From contig CAVINP010000001.1 of the NCBI GenBank assembly GCA_963643985.1, positions 34 to 64,033 on the forward strand: DNA of 64,000 nucleotides. Reading direction: 5' to 3'. Position 1 is the first letter of the stretch. The number at the start of each line of letters is the position of its first letter. The notes under the pieces are model-generated. The model worked only from the letters and a program-made list of their open reading frames with translations. It made no database searches and was not told the DNA's origin. The DNA comes from a bacterium (GTDB taxonomy: Bacteria > Bacillota > Clostridia > Christensenellales > Aristaeellaceae). The position numbers and the translations under genes are program-made. Positions 9,971-20,170 of this stretch are shown one piece after another.

Positions 9971-11095
9971 ATGGATATGGTAATGAAGAAGCATGTCATC
10001 AAGGACGTCAAGGTTCATCTGGTATCCTACAGGGTCAAGGGCGGCTTTTCGGACGCAACCCGTCAGGGCGAAGTCGTCGGCTACTGCATCGTGCGCGTTA
10101 TTCTGGATGACGGCATGGAAGGCTTCGGCATCACCTATCATGAGGTTGGCGGCGAAGCGACCAAGATGATGATCGAGCACGACATCGCTCCCAAGATCAT
10201 CGGCCGCGATCCTTTCGAGACGGAAGTGCTCTGGAACGAAATCATGGGCTATCTGCGTGGCGTCGGCCGCAAGGGTCTGATGCTCTGCGCACTTTCCGCA
10301 GTGGATATCGCTCTGTGGGACCTTAAGGGCAAGATCATCGGCCTGCCCCTGTATCGCATGTTCGGCGGCACCCGGACCAGGATCCCGGTTTACGGTTCCG
10401 GCGGATGGACTTCCTACGATGACGATGAGCTCGTGGCGGAGATGCTCAAGCTCAAGGAGCAGGGTTACTCCATGATCAAGTTCAAGGTCGGCGTGGAAGG
10501 CGGCCATAACACCCGCCGTGACCTGCTGCGCGTACGCAAGGTCAGAGACGCAGTCGGCCCGGAAATGCGCCTGATGCTCGATGCCAACGGCTGCTGGGAT
10601 GCCGCGACCGGCGCACAGTTTGCCAATCAGGTCAAGGAATATGACATCATGTTCCTCGAAGAGCCGGTATTTGCCGATGACCTGCCGGGTCTGATCAAGT
10701 ACAAGCAGTCCACCGATCTGCCGCTGGCCACCGGCGAGCAGGAGTACACCCGCTACGGCGCACGCGATCTGCTCATCAACGGCGCAGCGGACATCGTCCA
10801 GCTCGAAGGCACCCGCGCGGGCGGCTTCACCGAGATGCTCAAGATCGGTCATCTGACGCAGGCTTTCAATGTCAAGTTCGCTCCCCACGCGATGGAGAAT
10901 CTGCACATCCATCTGGTCAGCGCTTTCAACAACGCGCTCTTCCTTGAGCGTCTGCTGATCTTCGAGGAGATCGCGGCGAATGTCTACATCGATGCGCCCA
11001 AGCCCATCAACGGCTATATGTACATTCCCGAAGACAAGCCGGGCCTGGGTCTGGATCTGAATATGGACTTCATCCGTGAGCACGACGAGAAGTAA
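9971..11095 (+). CDS. Enolase-superfamily enzyme, mandelate racemase subgroup; probable acid-sugar dehydratase
   Basis: KxK motif IKFKVG. Metal ligands in MLDANG, FLEEP and ATGEQE. His in FAPHAM. GGAGG RBS 8 nt upstream. Confidence 0.85.
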   Translation: MDMVMKKHVIKDVKVHLVSYRVKGGFSDATRQGEVVGYCIVRVILDDGMEGFGITYHEVGGEATKMMIEHDIAPKIIGRDPFETEVLWNEIMGYLRGVGRKGLMLCALSAVDIALWDLKGKIIGLPLYRMFGGTRTRIPVYGSGGWTSYDDDELVAEMLKLKEQGYSMIKFKVGVEGGHNTRRDLLRVRKVRDAVGPEMRLMLDANGCWDAATGAQFANQVKEYDIMFLEEPVFADDLPGLIKYKQSTDLPLATGEQEYTRYGARDLLINGAADIVQLEGTRAGGFTEMLKIGHLTQAFNVKFAPHAMENLHIHLVSAFNNALFLERLLIFEEIAANVYIDAPKPINGYMYIPEDKPGLGLDLNMDFIREHDEK

Positions 11096-11126
11096 TCATT
11101 GACATTCCGCGGAAAGGAAGCCTGAT

Positions 11127-11951
11127 GTGAGCAAATTTCAATTAGGTGTATGCGAGTGGTCCATGAGGGCGAGAGGAAAAGCCCTCATGGACGTCACCCG
11201 AAAGTGTGCTCTGGACTGTGTACAGCTCGGAGTCGGCACAGAGACCATGGCGGGTCGCGGTTTGGCGGACGAGGCGATGGTACAGGAATACCGGCAGGCG
11301 GCCGGGGAGACGGGCGTTGAGATCGTATCGCTCTCTGCGCAGTTTGTCGACAATTACAGCTTCACCCTTCCGCAGAATGCCCAGGATGAAGCTGTTGCCA
11401 TGGAATTGTGTACCCGTACGATCGGATTGCTGCCGATCTTCGGCTGCAAAAATTTCCTGTTGCCGGTGCTGTGCAAAAACACCATCTGCGACGGCACGAG
11501 CTTCCACCGCGCGGTGGAGCGCATTCGCATGCTGGCCGACATGGCTGCGGACAAGGGCGCCGTGACCTGTCTTGAGGTCAACCTGAGCCTTGAAAAGGTC
11601 TACGATCTGCTGGACGCGGTGGACCGTGATGATGTGAAGATATTCTTTGATTCCCAGAATCTCTTCGCGCTGGACGGCACGTGCATGGCGCGCTACTATA
11701 CCGAACTGGCGAACAGGCATCTGATCGGCGGTATCCACCTCAAGGACGGCATCGGCAACATGCTCTCCGGCTCGCTGCTCGGAGACGGCAATTCGGGCTT
11801 TGACCGGACGGCGAAGGCCATCGCGCAGAGTGATTACAGCGGCTGCATACTGACCGAGAGCGTCTATGCGAACCCGACCGTGGCGCAGCAGGGGACAGAG
11901 GAAGAACTCCTTGCCCGCGATGCCGCGACCATGAAGCGTTATTTCAATTAA
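11127..11951 (+). CDS. Second xylose-isomerase-like TIM-barrel protein (isomerase, epimerase or dehydratase family)
   Basis: 274-aa ORF with a GTG start at 11127 after GGAAAGGAAG. TIM-barrel isomerase-like pattern (IGGIHLKDG...). Confidence 0.65.
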   Translation: MSKFQLGVCEWSMRARGKALMDVTRKCALDCVQLGVGTETMAGRGLADEAMVQEYRQAAGETGVEIVSLSAQFVDNYSFTLPQNAQDEAVAMELCTRTIGLLPIFGCKNFLLPVLCKNTICDGTSFHRAVERIRMLADMAADKGAVTCLEVNLSLEKVYDLLDAVDRDDVKIFFDSQNLFALDGTCMARYYTELANRHLIGGIHLKDGIGNMLSGSLLGDGNSGFDRTAKAIAQSDYSGCILTESVYANPTVAQQGTEEELLARDAATMKRYFN

Positions 11952-11970
11952 ACGAAACAGAGGATATAGT

Positions 11971-13017
11971 ATGAAAGTTTTGTATTATGCAAAGCCCATG
12001 CGCGAAAACGCGAGCATCCGTCAGTGGCCCGATCCCGTTTGCGGCGCCAACGACGTTATTATCAAGGTCATGAGCGTGAGCATCTGTCACGGCGTCGAGG
12101 GTGACCATGACAAGCCCAACGGCAGCGGCTGCTCCGCCTATCCGCTGATTCCCGGCCACGAGTTTGCCGGAGTTGTCACCGAAGTCGGCGCGAATGTGAC
12201 CACCGTAAAGGTCGGCGAGCGCGTGACGGCGGACAACGTGGTCACCTGCGGCACGTGCTTCTACTGCAAGAAGGGCGACTTCATTCACTGCCCCAACAAG
12301 CGCAACCTGGGCAATGTGGCGGACGGCGGCTTTGCCGAGTTTGTGAAGGTTCAGGAGAGCAAGGTCGTGAAGATCCCCGATCACGTCTCCTACAACGAAG
12401 CCTGCATGACCGAGCCCGTGGCCTGCTGCATGCATGCCATCGATCAGATGAACATCCGCTACGATGACGACGTGCTGGTGCTGGGCGCCGGCCCGATGGG
12501 CATCATCCTGGCACAGTTGGCGGCACACAGCAATGCCCGCAGCGTGACCGTGGTCGCATCCTCCAGGGAAAAGCTGGAAGTTGTCAAGTCTCTGGGCATC
12601 GACACCATTCAGATGGACAGAAACGATTACAGCAAGCACGAGGCCGAGATCTTCAAGCGCTATCCGCTCGGCGTGGACTGCCTCTTTGATGCCACCGGCG
12701 CAGAGGAGCTGGTATACACCACGCCCAAGCTCATGAAGATGGGCGGCAAGATCCTCGAGTACGGCTACTATCGCGGCGAAAAGCCCACCCTGCGCTTTCC
12801 CTTCAATGCGTTCTGGGACAAGGAACTGACCTATCTGACCTGCCTGAGCCAGGTCGGCGAGTTCCAGCGCGCCATGGACGCGATCGCTTCCGGCAAGGTC
12901 AACACGAAGGTGCTGCTGACGGCCGAATACGATCTGGATCACTATTTCGATGCGATTGACCGCTACAAGACCGACCGCAACATCCTCAAGCTGGTCATCC
13001 ACCCCAACCAGGAATAA
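11971..13017 (+). CDS. Zn-dependent alcohol/polyol dehydrogenase (MDR family)
   Basis: GHEFAGVV catalytic-zinc motif. Structural-zinc Cys cluster CGTCFYCKKGDFIHC. GAGPMG Rossmann motif. Confidence 0.9.
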   Translation: MKVLYYAKPMRENASIRQWPDPVCGANDVIIKVMSVSICHGVEGDHDKPNGSGCSAYPLIPGHEFAGVVTEVGANVTTVKVGERVTADNVVTCGTCFYCKKGDFIHCPNKRNLGNVADGGFAEFVKVQESKVVKIPDHVSYNEACMTEPVACCMHAIDQMNIRYDDDVLVLGAGPMGIILAQLAAHSNARSVTVVASSREKLEVVKSLGIDTIQMDRNDYSKHEAEIFKRYPLGVDCLFDATGAEELVYTTPKLMKMGGKILEYGYYRGEKPTLRFPFNAFWDKELTYLTCLSQVGEFQRAMDAIASGKVNTKVLLTAEYDLDHYFDAIDRYKTDRNILKLVIHPNQE

Positions 13018-13030
13018 GGAGGCAGGTAAT

Positions 13031-14122
13031 ATGAAAGCATTGGCCAAGATGGCATACGGCCCCGATCACCTTCAGTACATCGATATGCCCGTTCCGGAGT
13101 GCGGAGACGATGACATCGTGCTCAAGGTCAAGGCCGCGGGCATCTGCGGTTCGGACATGCCGCTGCTCTACGGACCGGACGAAGACAAGTACAAGAACTA
13201 CAGCTACCCCATGATCATCGGCCATGAGTTTGCCGGTGAAGTGTGGAAGGTCGGCAAGAACGTGACCCGCTGGAAGAAGGGTGACCGCGTGGTTTCGGAC
13301 AACACCGGTTACGTCTGCGGCCACTGCCCCGCCTGCGAGAGCGGCAACTATCTGCTCTGCCGCGAGCGTAAGGGTATCGGCGGCGACATGAACGGCGGCA
13401 TGGCCGAGTACGTGCGCATCCCCGGTGTGGTGCTCCGGCGCGATGCCAACAGCATCTGGAAGTTGCCGGACAACATGCCCTATGAGCATGCGGCGGTGAT
13501 GGACCCGATCTGCAACGGCTACAAGGCCGTGGTGCAGGAAGCCAAGGTCATGCCGGGCAACAATGTCGTGGTTTTCGGCAACGGCCCCATCGGCCTGTTC
13601 TGCGTGCAGATGGCCCGCATCATCAACTGCGCCCGCATCATCGTGATCACCACGAAGCGCAGCGCACCCAAGCGCAATCCCATCTGTGAGAAGCTCGGCG
13701 CAACGGATTATCTGCTGGCAGACGATCCCGACCTGATCGAGAAGGTCAAGGCCATCGGCGGCGAGGACGGCATTGCAGCGGTGTTCAACTGCGCATCCCG
13801 TTCCGCCAACGTGCTGCCCCAGGCCGTGCAGATGCTCCGCCCCGGCGGCACCTTCGTGATGCTGGGCTATACCCGCACGGCAGTCACCTACGAAGAGGAT
13901 CCGGCAGACATGATGGGCCATCGCGGCATACAGTTCATCGGCCACATGGGCTATGATCACACCTCCTGGAGAAACGTGCTGGCGCTCTACCGCGAAGGCC
14001 GTATCGACATGGAACCCGTGGTCACGCACAAGATTCCGCTCTCCAAGTGGCGCGATGGCTTTGAGATGTTTACCGCACGCGAGGCAGCCAAGGTTGTGCT
14101 GCTGCCCGAGGCAGACGAATAA
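13031..14122 (+). CDS. Zn-dependent alcohol/polyol dehydrogenase (MDR family), paralogue
   Basis: AGGAGG RBS. GHEFAGEV motif, CGHCPACESGNYLLC cluster and GNGPIG. Confidence 0.9.
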   Translation: MKALAKMAYGPDHLQYIDMPVPECGDDDIVLKVKAAGICGSDMPLLYGPDEDKYKNYSYPMIIGHEFAGEVWKVGKNVTRWKKGDRVVSDNTGYVCGHCPACESGNYLLCRERKGIGGDMNGGMAEYVRIPGVVLRRDANSIWKLPDNMPYEHAAVMDPICNGYKAVVQEAKVMPGNNVVVFGNGPIGLFCVQMARIINCARIIVITTKRSAPKRNPICEKLGATDYLLADDPDLIEKVKAIGGEDGIAAVFNCASRSANVLPQAVQMLRPGGTFVMLGYTRTAVTYEEDPADMMGHRGIQFIGHMGYDHTSWRNVLALYREGRIDMEPVVTHKIPLSKWRDGFEMFTAREAAKVVLLPEADE

Positions 14123-14137
14123 GGAGGAAACACGAAA

Positions 14138-15595
14138 ATGAAAATGCTGATTAACGGCGAATGGGTATCTTCCGCAGACGGCGCGACCATCGATGTCGTG
14201 AACCCCTACACCGGTGAAGTGATGGACAACGTGCCCGCAGCCACGAAGCAGGATGTGGACTTTGCCATTTCCGAGGCCGTCAAGGGCCAGAAAATCTGGA
14301 ACCGCAAGATCATCCGTGAACGCGCCGAAATCCTCAGAAGGTATATGGAACTGCTGCGCCGTGACCGCGATGAGCTGGCAAAGCTGCTGACGATGGAAAC
14401 CGGCAAGCCGGTCTTTGATTCCTACGGCGAGATCGATTCCGTCATCATGACCTTCGACAGCTCCGTCGAGGTGGTCAAGCATCAGTACGGCAAGACCATG
14501 CCGATGGGCATCGAGGGCGGCTACGATGACGACCTGCAGGTGACGATCCATGAGCCTCTGGGCGTGATCGCCTGCATCGTGCCCTTCAACTTCCCCGCAG
14601 CCCTGTGGGCGTTCAAGGCAGGCCCGGCACTGATGGCCGGCAATGCCATCGTGGTCAAGCCCGCCACGTCCAACCCGCTGACCGTGCTCAAGCTGATGGG
14701 CCTGCTGGTTGAGGCAGGCGTGACGCCCCAGGCCGTGCAGTGCATCACCGGCCGCGGCGCGACCGTAGGCAACTGGATCAGTGACAACCCCGCCGTGGCG
14801 CAAGTCAACCTGACCGGCGGCGTCGAAGCCGGCAAGGAAATCGCCCGCCATGCGGCCGAGAACCTGACCTCCTATAAGTTCGAACTGGGCGGCAATGATC
14901 CGCTGATCATCTGCGCAGACTGCGACATGGAACTGGCCGTCAACGAAGCCGGCGACAAGACCCGCAACGCAGGTCAGTGCTGCTCGGGTGCCAAGCGCTT
15001 CATCGTGCATGAGTCCATCAAGGACGAGTTCGTACGTCGCCTGATCGAAGAACGCCTCAAGACCGTCAAGGAAGGCGATCTGATGGACATCGAGACCAAT
15101 TTCGGCGTACTCATCAGCGAGAAGGCTGCCATCGAAGTGGAAAAGCAGGTGCAGCACACCATCGACCAGGGTGCAAAGCTGGTCTACGGCGGCGTGCGCA
15201 GGGGCGCATATTACATGCCCACCGTGCTGGACAACTGCACGATTGACATGGATGTCTGCAAAAACATGGAAATCTTCGGGCCCGTGTTCCCGATCTTCAC
15301 TTTCAAGACCCTGGAAGAGGCAATCGAGATCGCCGATGCGACGGACTACGGCCTCAGCTCCGGCGTGATCACCGAAAACCTGAAGGATGCCATGATGGTG
15401 GCAGGTTCCCTGAAGGCCGGCATGGTCGCGGTCAACGGCTCCGGCGGATTCCGCGCTCAGGAGCTGCCCTTCGGCGGCGGCAAGAAGATGAGCGGCAACA
15501 GCCGTGAGTGCCTCTCCTCCGTGCTGGAAGAAGTGACGCAGGAGAAGTCCATCATTTTCCGCTATGCAATGAAGAAGTACAACGCTTTCAAATAA
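14138..15595 (+). CDS. NAD(P)-dependent aldehyde dehydrogenase
   Basis: FELGGNDP glutamate motif and catalytic Cys region NAGQCCSGAKRF. 485 aa. Confidence 0.92.
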   Translation: MKMLINGEWVSSADGATIDVVNPYTGEVMDNVPAATKQDVDFAISEAVKGQKIWNRKIIRERAEILRRYMELLRRDRDELAKLLTMETGKPVFDSYGEIDSVIMTFDSSVEVVKHQYGKTMPMGIEGGYDDDLQVTIHEPLGVIACIVPFNFPAALWAFKAGPALMAGNAIVVKPATSNPLTVLKLMGLLVEAGVTPQAVQCITGRGATVGNWISDNPAVAQVNLTGGVEAGKEIARHAAENLTSYKFELGGNDPLIICADCDMELAVNEAGDKTRNAGQCCSGAKRFIVHESIKDEFVRRLIEERLKTVKEGDLMDIETNFGVLISEKAAIEVEKQVQHTIDQGAKLVYGGVRRGAYYMPTVLDNCTIDMDVCKNMEIFGPVFPIFTFKTLEEAIEIADATDYGLSSGVITENLKDAMMVAGSLKAGMVAVNGSGGFRAQELPFGGGKKMSGNSRECLSSVLEEVTQEKSIIFRYAMKKYNAFK

Positions 15596-15608
15596 GGAGG
15601 ACAATGCC

Positions 15609-17072
15609 ATGAAGATGCTGGTTGGAAAGACTTTTGTCGATGCGAGCGACGGCGCAGTCCGGAACGTGGTCAATCCGGCGACCGGAGAGATCATCGATAC
15701 CGTGCCCGCTGCAACCAAGGAAGATATCAAAAAGGCAATCGATACCGCTTATGAAGGACAGAAGGCATGGGCGGCCATGACCGTGCGCGATCGCAGCAAG
15801 CTGCTCAAGAAGTTCGCCGAGGTCGTGATGGAGCGCCGTCTGGAGCTGGGCGAAATCCTGGCCAAGGAAGCCGGCAAGCCCTTCATGAAGGAAGCCGTCT
15901 GGGAAATGGACTCCGTCGCATACGTTTACGAAGGCGCATGCGAGGTGGCCAAGCATTACTACGGCCGCACGATGCCCCTGGGCACCGAGCCCGGTTACGA
16001 CAAGGACATTCAGTTCACGATCCACGAGCCTCTGGGCGTGATCGCCTGCATTGTGCCCTTCAACTTTCCGCCCGCCATCTGGGCATTCAAGACGGCTGCG
16101 GCACTGGCTGCGGGCAACGCGCTGGTTGTCAAGGCACCGTCCTGGGACCCGATGACGCTGATCAAGCTGCATGAAATCCTGGTTGAGGTCGGCGTACCGG
16201 CAGAGGTCGTTCAGATCGTGACCGGCAGCGGTGCCAAGATCGGCAAGTGGCTGGTCGAGGATCCGCGCGTGGCCTCCGTCAACTTCACCGGCAGCACGGC
16301 AGTCGGCGTGGACATCGCCAAGAACGCCGCTCCGAATCTGACCCGCTACTACTTCGAACTGGGCGGCAACGATCCTTTCATCGTCTGCAAGGACGCGGAT
16401 CTCAAGCTGGCCGTCAAGGAAGCGGGGGATCAGTGCCGCAACAACCGCCAGTGCTGCACCGGTTCCAAGCGCTTCATCATTCACAATTCCCTGAAGGATG
16501 AATTCGTCAAGGAACTGATCGAGGACTACCTGAGCAAGGAAGTTCAGGGCGATCCCATGGATCCCAACACCACGCTCGGCCCGGTCATCAGTGAAAAGGC
16601 TGCCATCAACATCGAAAAGCAGATCAACCTGACCGTGGAGCAGGGCGCAAAGATCGTCTACGGCGGCAAGCGCAACGGCGCATTCGTGCAGCCCACGATC
16701 CTGACGGACGTCACGCCGGATATGGACATTGCCGGAAACATGGAAGTCTTCGGCCCCGTCTGGCCGATCATCGGCTTTGACACCGTGGACGAGGCGATTG
16801 ACATTGCCAACGGTTCGGATTACGGTCTGGGCGGCGGCGTCTTCTCCGCAGACATCAAGACCTGTATGAAGGTGGCAACGAAGCTCAAGACCGGCCATGT
16901 GGCGATCAACGGCTCCGGCAACTTCCGTGCTGCGGAACTGCCGTTCGGCGGCGGACGCAAGATGAGCGGCAACAGCCGTGAGAGCCTGTCGGCGGTGATG
17001 GACGAAGTGACGCAGACCAAGTCCATCGTGATGAGATACGTACTGGACGAGAATCCCGGCTACGTCCGCTAA
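15609..17072 (+). CDS. NAD(P)-dependent aldehyde dehydrogenase, tandem paralogue
   Basis: FELGGNDP and NNRQCCTGSKRF. Collinear with the preceding ALDH along its whole length. Confidence 0.92.
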   Translation: MKMLVGKTFVDASDGAVRNVVNPATGEIIDTVPAATKEDIKKAIDTAYEGQKAWAAMTVRDRSKLLKKFAEVVMERRLELGEILAKEAGKPFMKEAVWEMDSVAYVYEGACEVAKHYYGRTMPLGTEPGYDKDIQFTIHEPLGVIACIVPFNFPPAIWAFKTAAALAAGNALVVKAPSWDPMTLIKLHEILVEVGVPAEVVQIVTGSGAKIGKWLVEDPRVASVNFTGSTAVGVDIAKNAAPNLTRYYFELGGNDPFIVCKDADLKLAVKEAGDQCRNNRQCCTGSKRFIIHNSLKDEFVKELIEDYLSKEVQGDPMDPNTTLGPVISEKAAINIEKQINLTVEQGAKIVYGGKRNGAFVQPTILTDVTPDMDIAGNMEVFGPVWPIIGFDTVDEAIDIANGSDYGLGGGVFSADIKTCMKVATKLKTGHVAINGSGNFRAAELPFGGGRKMSGNSRESLSAVMDEVTQTKSIVMRYVLDENPGYVR

Positions 17073-17096
17073 TATATCCGGGGGGAAGAAGAGCAT

Positions 17097-17978
17097 ATGA
17101 AAAAGATTGAAGGCCTGTTTCCGGCGCTGGTTACGCCGTATGACGGTGAAGGGCGCGTCAATACCGATGCAATCGGAAAGTTGGTTGAAAAACTGCAGAA
17201 AAGCGGCATCAGCGGTTTCTACGTGGGCGGCAGCACGGGTGAATCCTACCTGCTGAGCATGCAGGAGCGCAAGTGCGTGCTGGAAGCGGTGAAGGAAGCC
17301 GCGGATCCGTCGATGAAGGTGATTGCCAACATCGGCATGCTGGCGACCGAGCAGAGCATCACGTTGGCAAAGCATGCCGAAAAGGTTGGCGTGACGGCCA
17401 TCTCTTCCGTTCCTCCCTTCTATTTCTCCTTCACGGCAGAGGAGCTCTACCACTACTACGAGGATCTGGCCGGCGCAGTGGATGTGCCCGTGCTGATCTA
17501 CAACATTCCCGCAATGTCGGGCGTGAAGTTCAGCACGGCAGATCTCTGCCGCCTGCTTGAGGACAAGCGCATCTGCGGCCTCAAGCACACGAGCTTTGAC
17601 CTGTTCCAGATGCAGCGCCTGATTCAGCTCTATCCCGAGAAGAGCATATTCATCGGCCACGATGAACTGTTCCTGAGCGCATGGGCCGTGGGTGCACGCG
17701 CCGGCATCGGCAGCACATACAACATCATGCCGGAGAAATTCATCGGCATTGCACAGGCATTTGCCCGGGACGATCAGGCGGAAGCACTGCGCCTGCAGGG
17801 AGAAGTCAACGAGATGGTTGAGGTACTCTGCGAGGTCGGCGTGTTCAAGGGTATCAAGGAAATACTGAAGATGCAGGGCATGGACTGCGGCGACTGCAGA
17901 AAGCCCTTCACGATGCCCGACGAGGCACAGCGTGCAAAACTGGCCGGGACGGCGCAGCGTCTGGGCTTGCTCAAGTAA
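17097..17978 (+). CDS. DapA/DHDPS-family enzyme (2-keto-3-deoxy-acid aldolase or dehydratase type)
   Basis: GFYVGGSTGE motif and IYNIPAMSG. 293 aa, typical of the DHDPS / N-acetylneuraminate lyase / KdgD family. Confidence 0.85.
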   Translation: MKKIEGLFPALVTPYDGEGRVNTDAIGKLVEKLQKSGISGFYVGGSTGESYLLSMQERKCVLEAVKEAADPSMKVIANIGMLATEQSITLAKHAEKVGVTAISSVPPFYFSFTAEELYHYYEDLAGAVDVPVLIYNIPAMSGVKFSTADLCRLLEDKRICGLKHTSFDLFQMQRLIQLYPEKSIFIGHDELFLSAWAVGARAGIGSTYNIMPEKFIGIAQAFARDDQAEALRLQGEVNEMVEVLCEVGVFKGIKEILKMQGMDCGDCRKPFTMPDEAQRAKLAGTAQRLGLLK

Positions 17979-17999
17979 GCATAAAGGGGTGTAATCAAC

Positions 18000-18977
18000 A
18001 TGATTTACAATATGAAGGAACTTCTGTCTGTGGCAGACAGGTATCATTTTGCGATTCCGGCATTCAACATCAGCAGCTATGCGATGTTCAACGGCATCAT
18101 TGACATCTCCGAGCAGCTGGATGCGCCCGTGATCATACAGATTCATCCGCTTGAGCTGCGTCACATCGGTTCGGACGTGGTCGCCGCCATGCGCAGCCGC
18201 GCAACCTTTGCCAAGGTTCCGGTGGCCATCCATCTCGATCACGGCGCCTGCTTTGAGGACGTAATGACCGCAATCGCTGCGGGCTTTACCTCCGTCATGA
18301 TCGATGCCTCCTCCCGCCCGTTTGCCGAAAACGTGGCTGCCTGCCAAAAGACGGTCGAGGCCGCACACGGCGCAATCCACTGCACGATGGCCGAGCACTA
18401 CGGCGGCACGGTTCTGGAGGGCGTTGAGGTGACCACGGGTCGCGAGTATGTGCCTTCCTGCTATGCGCACAACGTCTCCGTCGAGGGCGAGCTGGGCAAC
18501 ATCGGCTCCATAGATGAAGAACACGGTACGGTGACGCGCGGTCTGCACTACACCGAGCCGGAAGAGGCAGTGCGTTTCGTCAAGGAAACCGGCATCGATG
18601 CGCTGGCGATTGCCATCGGCACGAGCCACGGCGTTTATCCCGAGGGCTTTGTGCCGCACATCGAGATCGACCGCCTCAAGGCCATCTACAAGGCACTGCG
18701 CGATGCGGGTCTGGACACCGCACTGGTGCTGCACGGCGGTTCCTCCAACTCTCCCGAGGAACTGCAGGAAGCTGCCCGCAGCGGCCTTGCCAAGATCAAC
18801 ATCGCAAGCGACATCAAGAATGCCTATTACGGCAAGATGCGTGAGATCCTGCAGGATCCCAAGGTCCGCGAGCCCAACATCATTGAGCCGCCCTGTCTGG
18901 ATGCCATGAAGGCCACGGCGGCGGATCGCATCCGCTGGTTCGGTGCGGACGGAAAGGCGAGCCTGTACAACAAATAA
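18000..18977 (+). CDS. Class II (metal-dependent) ketose-bisphosphate aldolase family protein
   Basis: IPAFNI, AIHLDHG and LVLHGGS zinc-binding His motifs of the FbaA/GatY/YdjI family. Confidence 0.85.
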   Translation: MIYNMKELLSVADRYHFAIPAFNISSYAMFNGIIDISEQLDAPVIIQIHPLELRHIGSDVVAAMRSRATFAKVPVAIHLDHGACFEDVMTAIAAGFTSVMIDASSRPFAENVAACQKTVEAAHGAIHCTMAEHYGGTVLEGVEVTTGREYVPSCYAHNVSVEGELGNIGSIDEEHGTVTRGLHYTEPEEAVRFVKETGIDALAIAIGTSHGVYPEGFVPHIEIDRLKAIYKALRDAGLDTALVLHGGSSNSPEELQEAARSGLAKINIASDIKNAYYGKMREILQDPKVREPNIIEPPCLDAMKATAADRIRWFGADGKASLYNK

Positions 18978-18980
18978 TAT

Positions 18981-20168
18981 ATGAATGTACGTTATTGTGC
19001 GCTGATGATCAGCTATTGGTCAGCCTGCTCGATCATCCATGGCTTTGCTACGAAAATTTTGCTGGAACGCGGCTTCGCAAGCGGTTCAATCGGCATACTC
19101 CTGGCCTGCTGTTACCTGTGCGCGGCGCTGCTCCAGCCCGTCATTGCATCCCGAATGGACAAGAGCAAGCGCTTTTCACTGACTCAACTGGTGATGATAT
19201 TGGGCGCATTGAACGCGGTATCGCTCGTGGGGCTGGTGTTCGGGGAATCAAGCCGGGTTCTGACGGCGGCCATGCTGTTTTTGAACTTTGCCATGATCTA
19301 TATGCTCCAGCCCGTCACAAATGCCATCGCAATGGTCTATCGGCAATCCGGTCAGCGCCTGAACTTTGGCGTGGCACGCGGCCTCGGCTCCCTGGCTTAC
19401 GCAACAACCTCGGCCCTCGCGGGCAAGATACTGGATCTTTGGCCGGGCAATCCCGTGCTTTACTTTACGCTGGCGCCGGTTGTGGCAATGCTCATCTTTG
19501 CGCGGATATTGGACAGGCGCTTCATGAGCATTGCACAGCAGGACAGCATCGTTCAGCCCCGGGAAAGTGCGGCAGAGTCGAAGAGTGTCTTTGGCTTTAT
19601 AGCGGAGAATCGCAGGTTCGGCATCGTATTGATCGGCATCGCCCTGCTGTGCACCTTCCACAACATGGTGGAAACCTATCTGGTGATGATCATGGAGGAA
19701 CTGGGCGGTACCACGTCCGATACGGGCGTTGCCCTGGGCATTGCGGCATTGCTGGAACTGCCGCCGCTGCTGATGATCAACCGACTGCGCAGACGCTTTT
19801 CCAGCTCGCGGCTGATGCAGATGGCGGCTGTGGGTTTCACGCTGAAGGCAATCTGCATCTGCATATCGACCTGCGTGCTTCAAATCGAGCTGTCGATGCT
19901 GCTGCAGGCCATCGGTTATGCCCTCTACATTGCCTCATCGGTATATTATGTCAGCGAGATTATCCCTGCGGCAGACCAACTGAAGGGACAGGCACTTGTC
20001 ACCGCATCCTTTACCATCGGCGGAGTTACAGGCAGCCTGCTGGGCGGTGTACTGATTGAAAAAATGGGCGTCGGCAGCATGCTGATCGTGGGCTTGGCGA
20101 TTTCAGCCATCGGTACGCTCGTGGTGCTGACCAACATACAACGAACGGAAGTACAGCAGGAGGCTTAA
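18981..20168 (+). CDS. MFS transporter
   Basis: 395-aa ORF with about 12 hydrophobic segments, 3 nt after the aldolase stop. Confidence 0.75.
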   Translation: MNVRYCALMISYWSACSIIHGFATKILLERGFASGSIGILLACCYLCAALLQPVIASRMDKSKRFSLTQLVMILGALNAVSLVGLVFGESSRVLTAAMLFLNFAMIYMLQPVTNAIAMVYRQSGQRLNFGVARGLGSLAYATTSALAGKILDLWPGNPVLYFTLAPVVAMLIFARILDRRFMSIAQQDSIVQPRESAAESKSVFGFIAENRRFGIVLIGIALLCTFHNMVETYLVMIMEELGGTTSDTGVALGIAALLELPPLLMINRLRRRFSSSRLMQMAAVGFTLKAICICISTCVLQIELSMLLQAIGYALYIASSVYYVSEIIPAADQLKGQALVTASFTIGGVTGSLLGGVLIEKMGVGSMLIVGLAISAIGTLVVLTNIQRTEVQQEA

Positions 20169-20170
20169 TC

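Noticed and set aside
12995-18734. Two very long minus-strand ORFs (911 aa at 12995-15730; 1048 aa at 15588-18734) antisense to the ADH/ALDH/DapA/aldolase genes
   Set aside because: The translations are low-complexity and rich in Ala, Gly, Arg, His, Asp and Val, with no recognisable motifs or RBS. The plus-strand genes they overlap carry textbook catalytic motifs. Long stop-free antisense frames of this kind are a typical artefact of GC-rich coding DNA.
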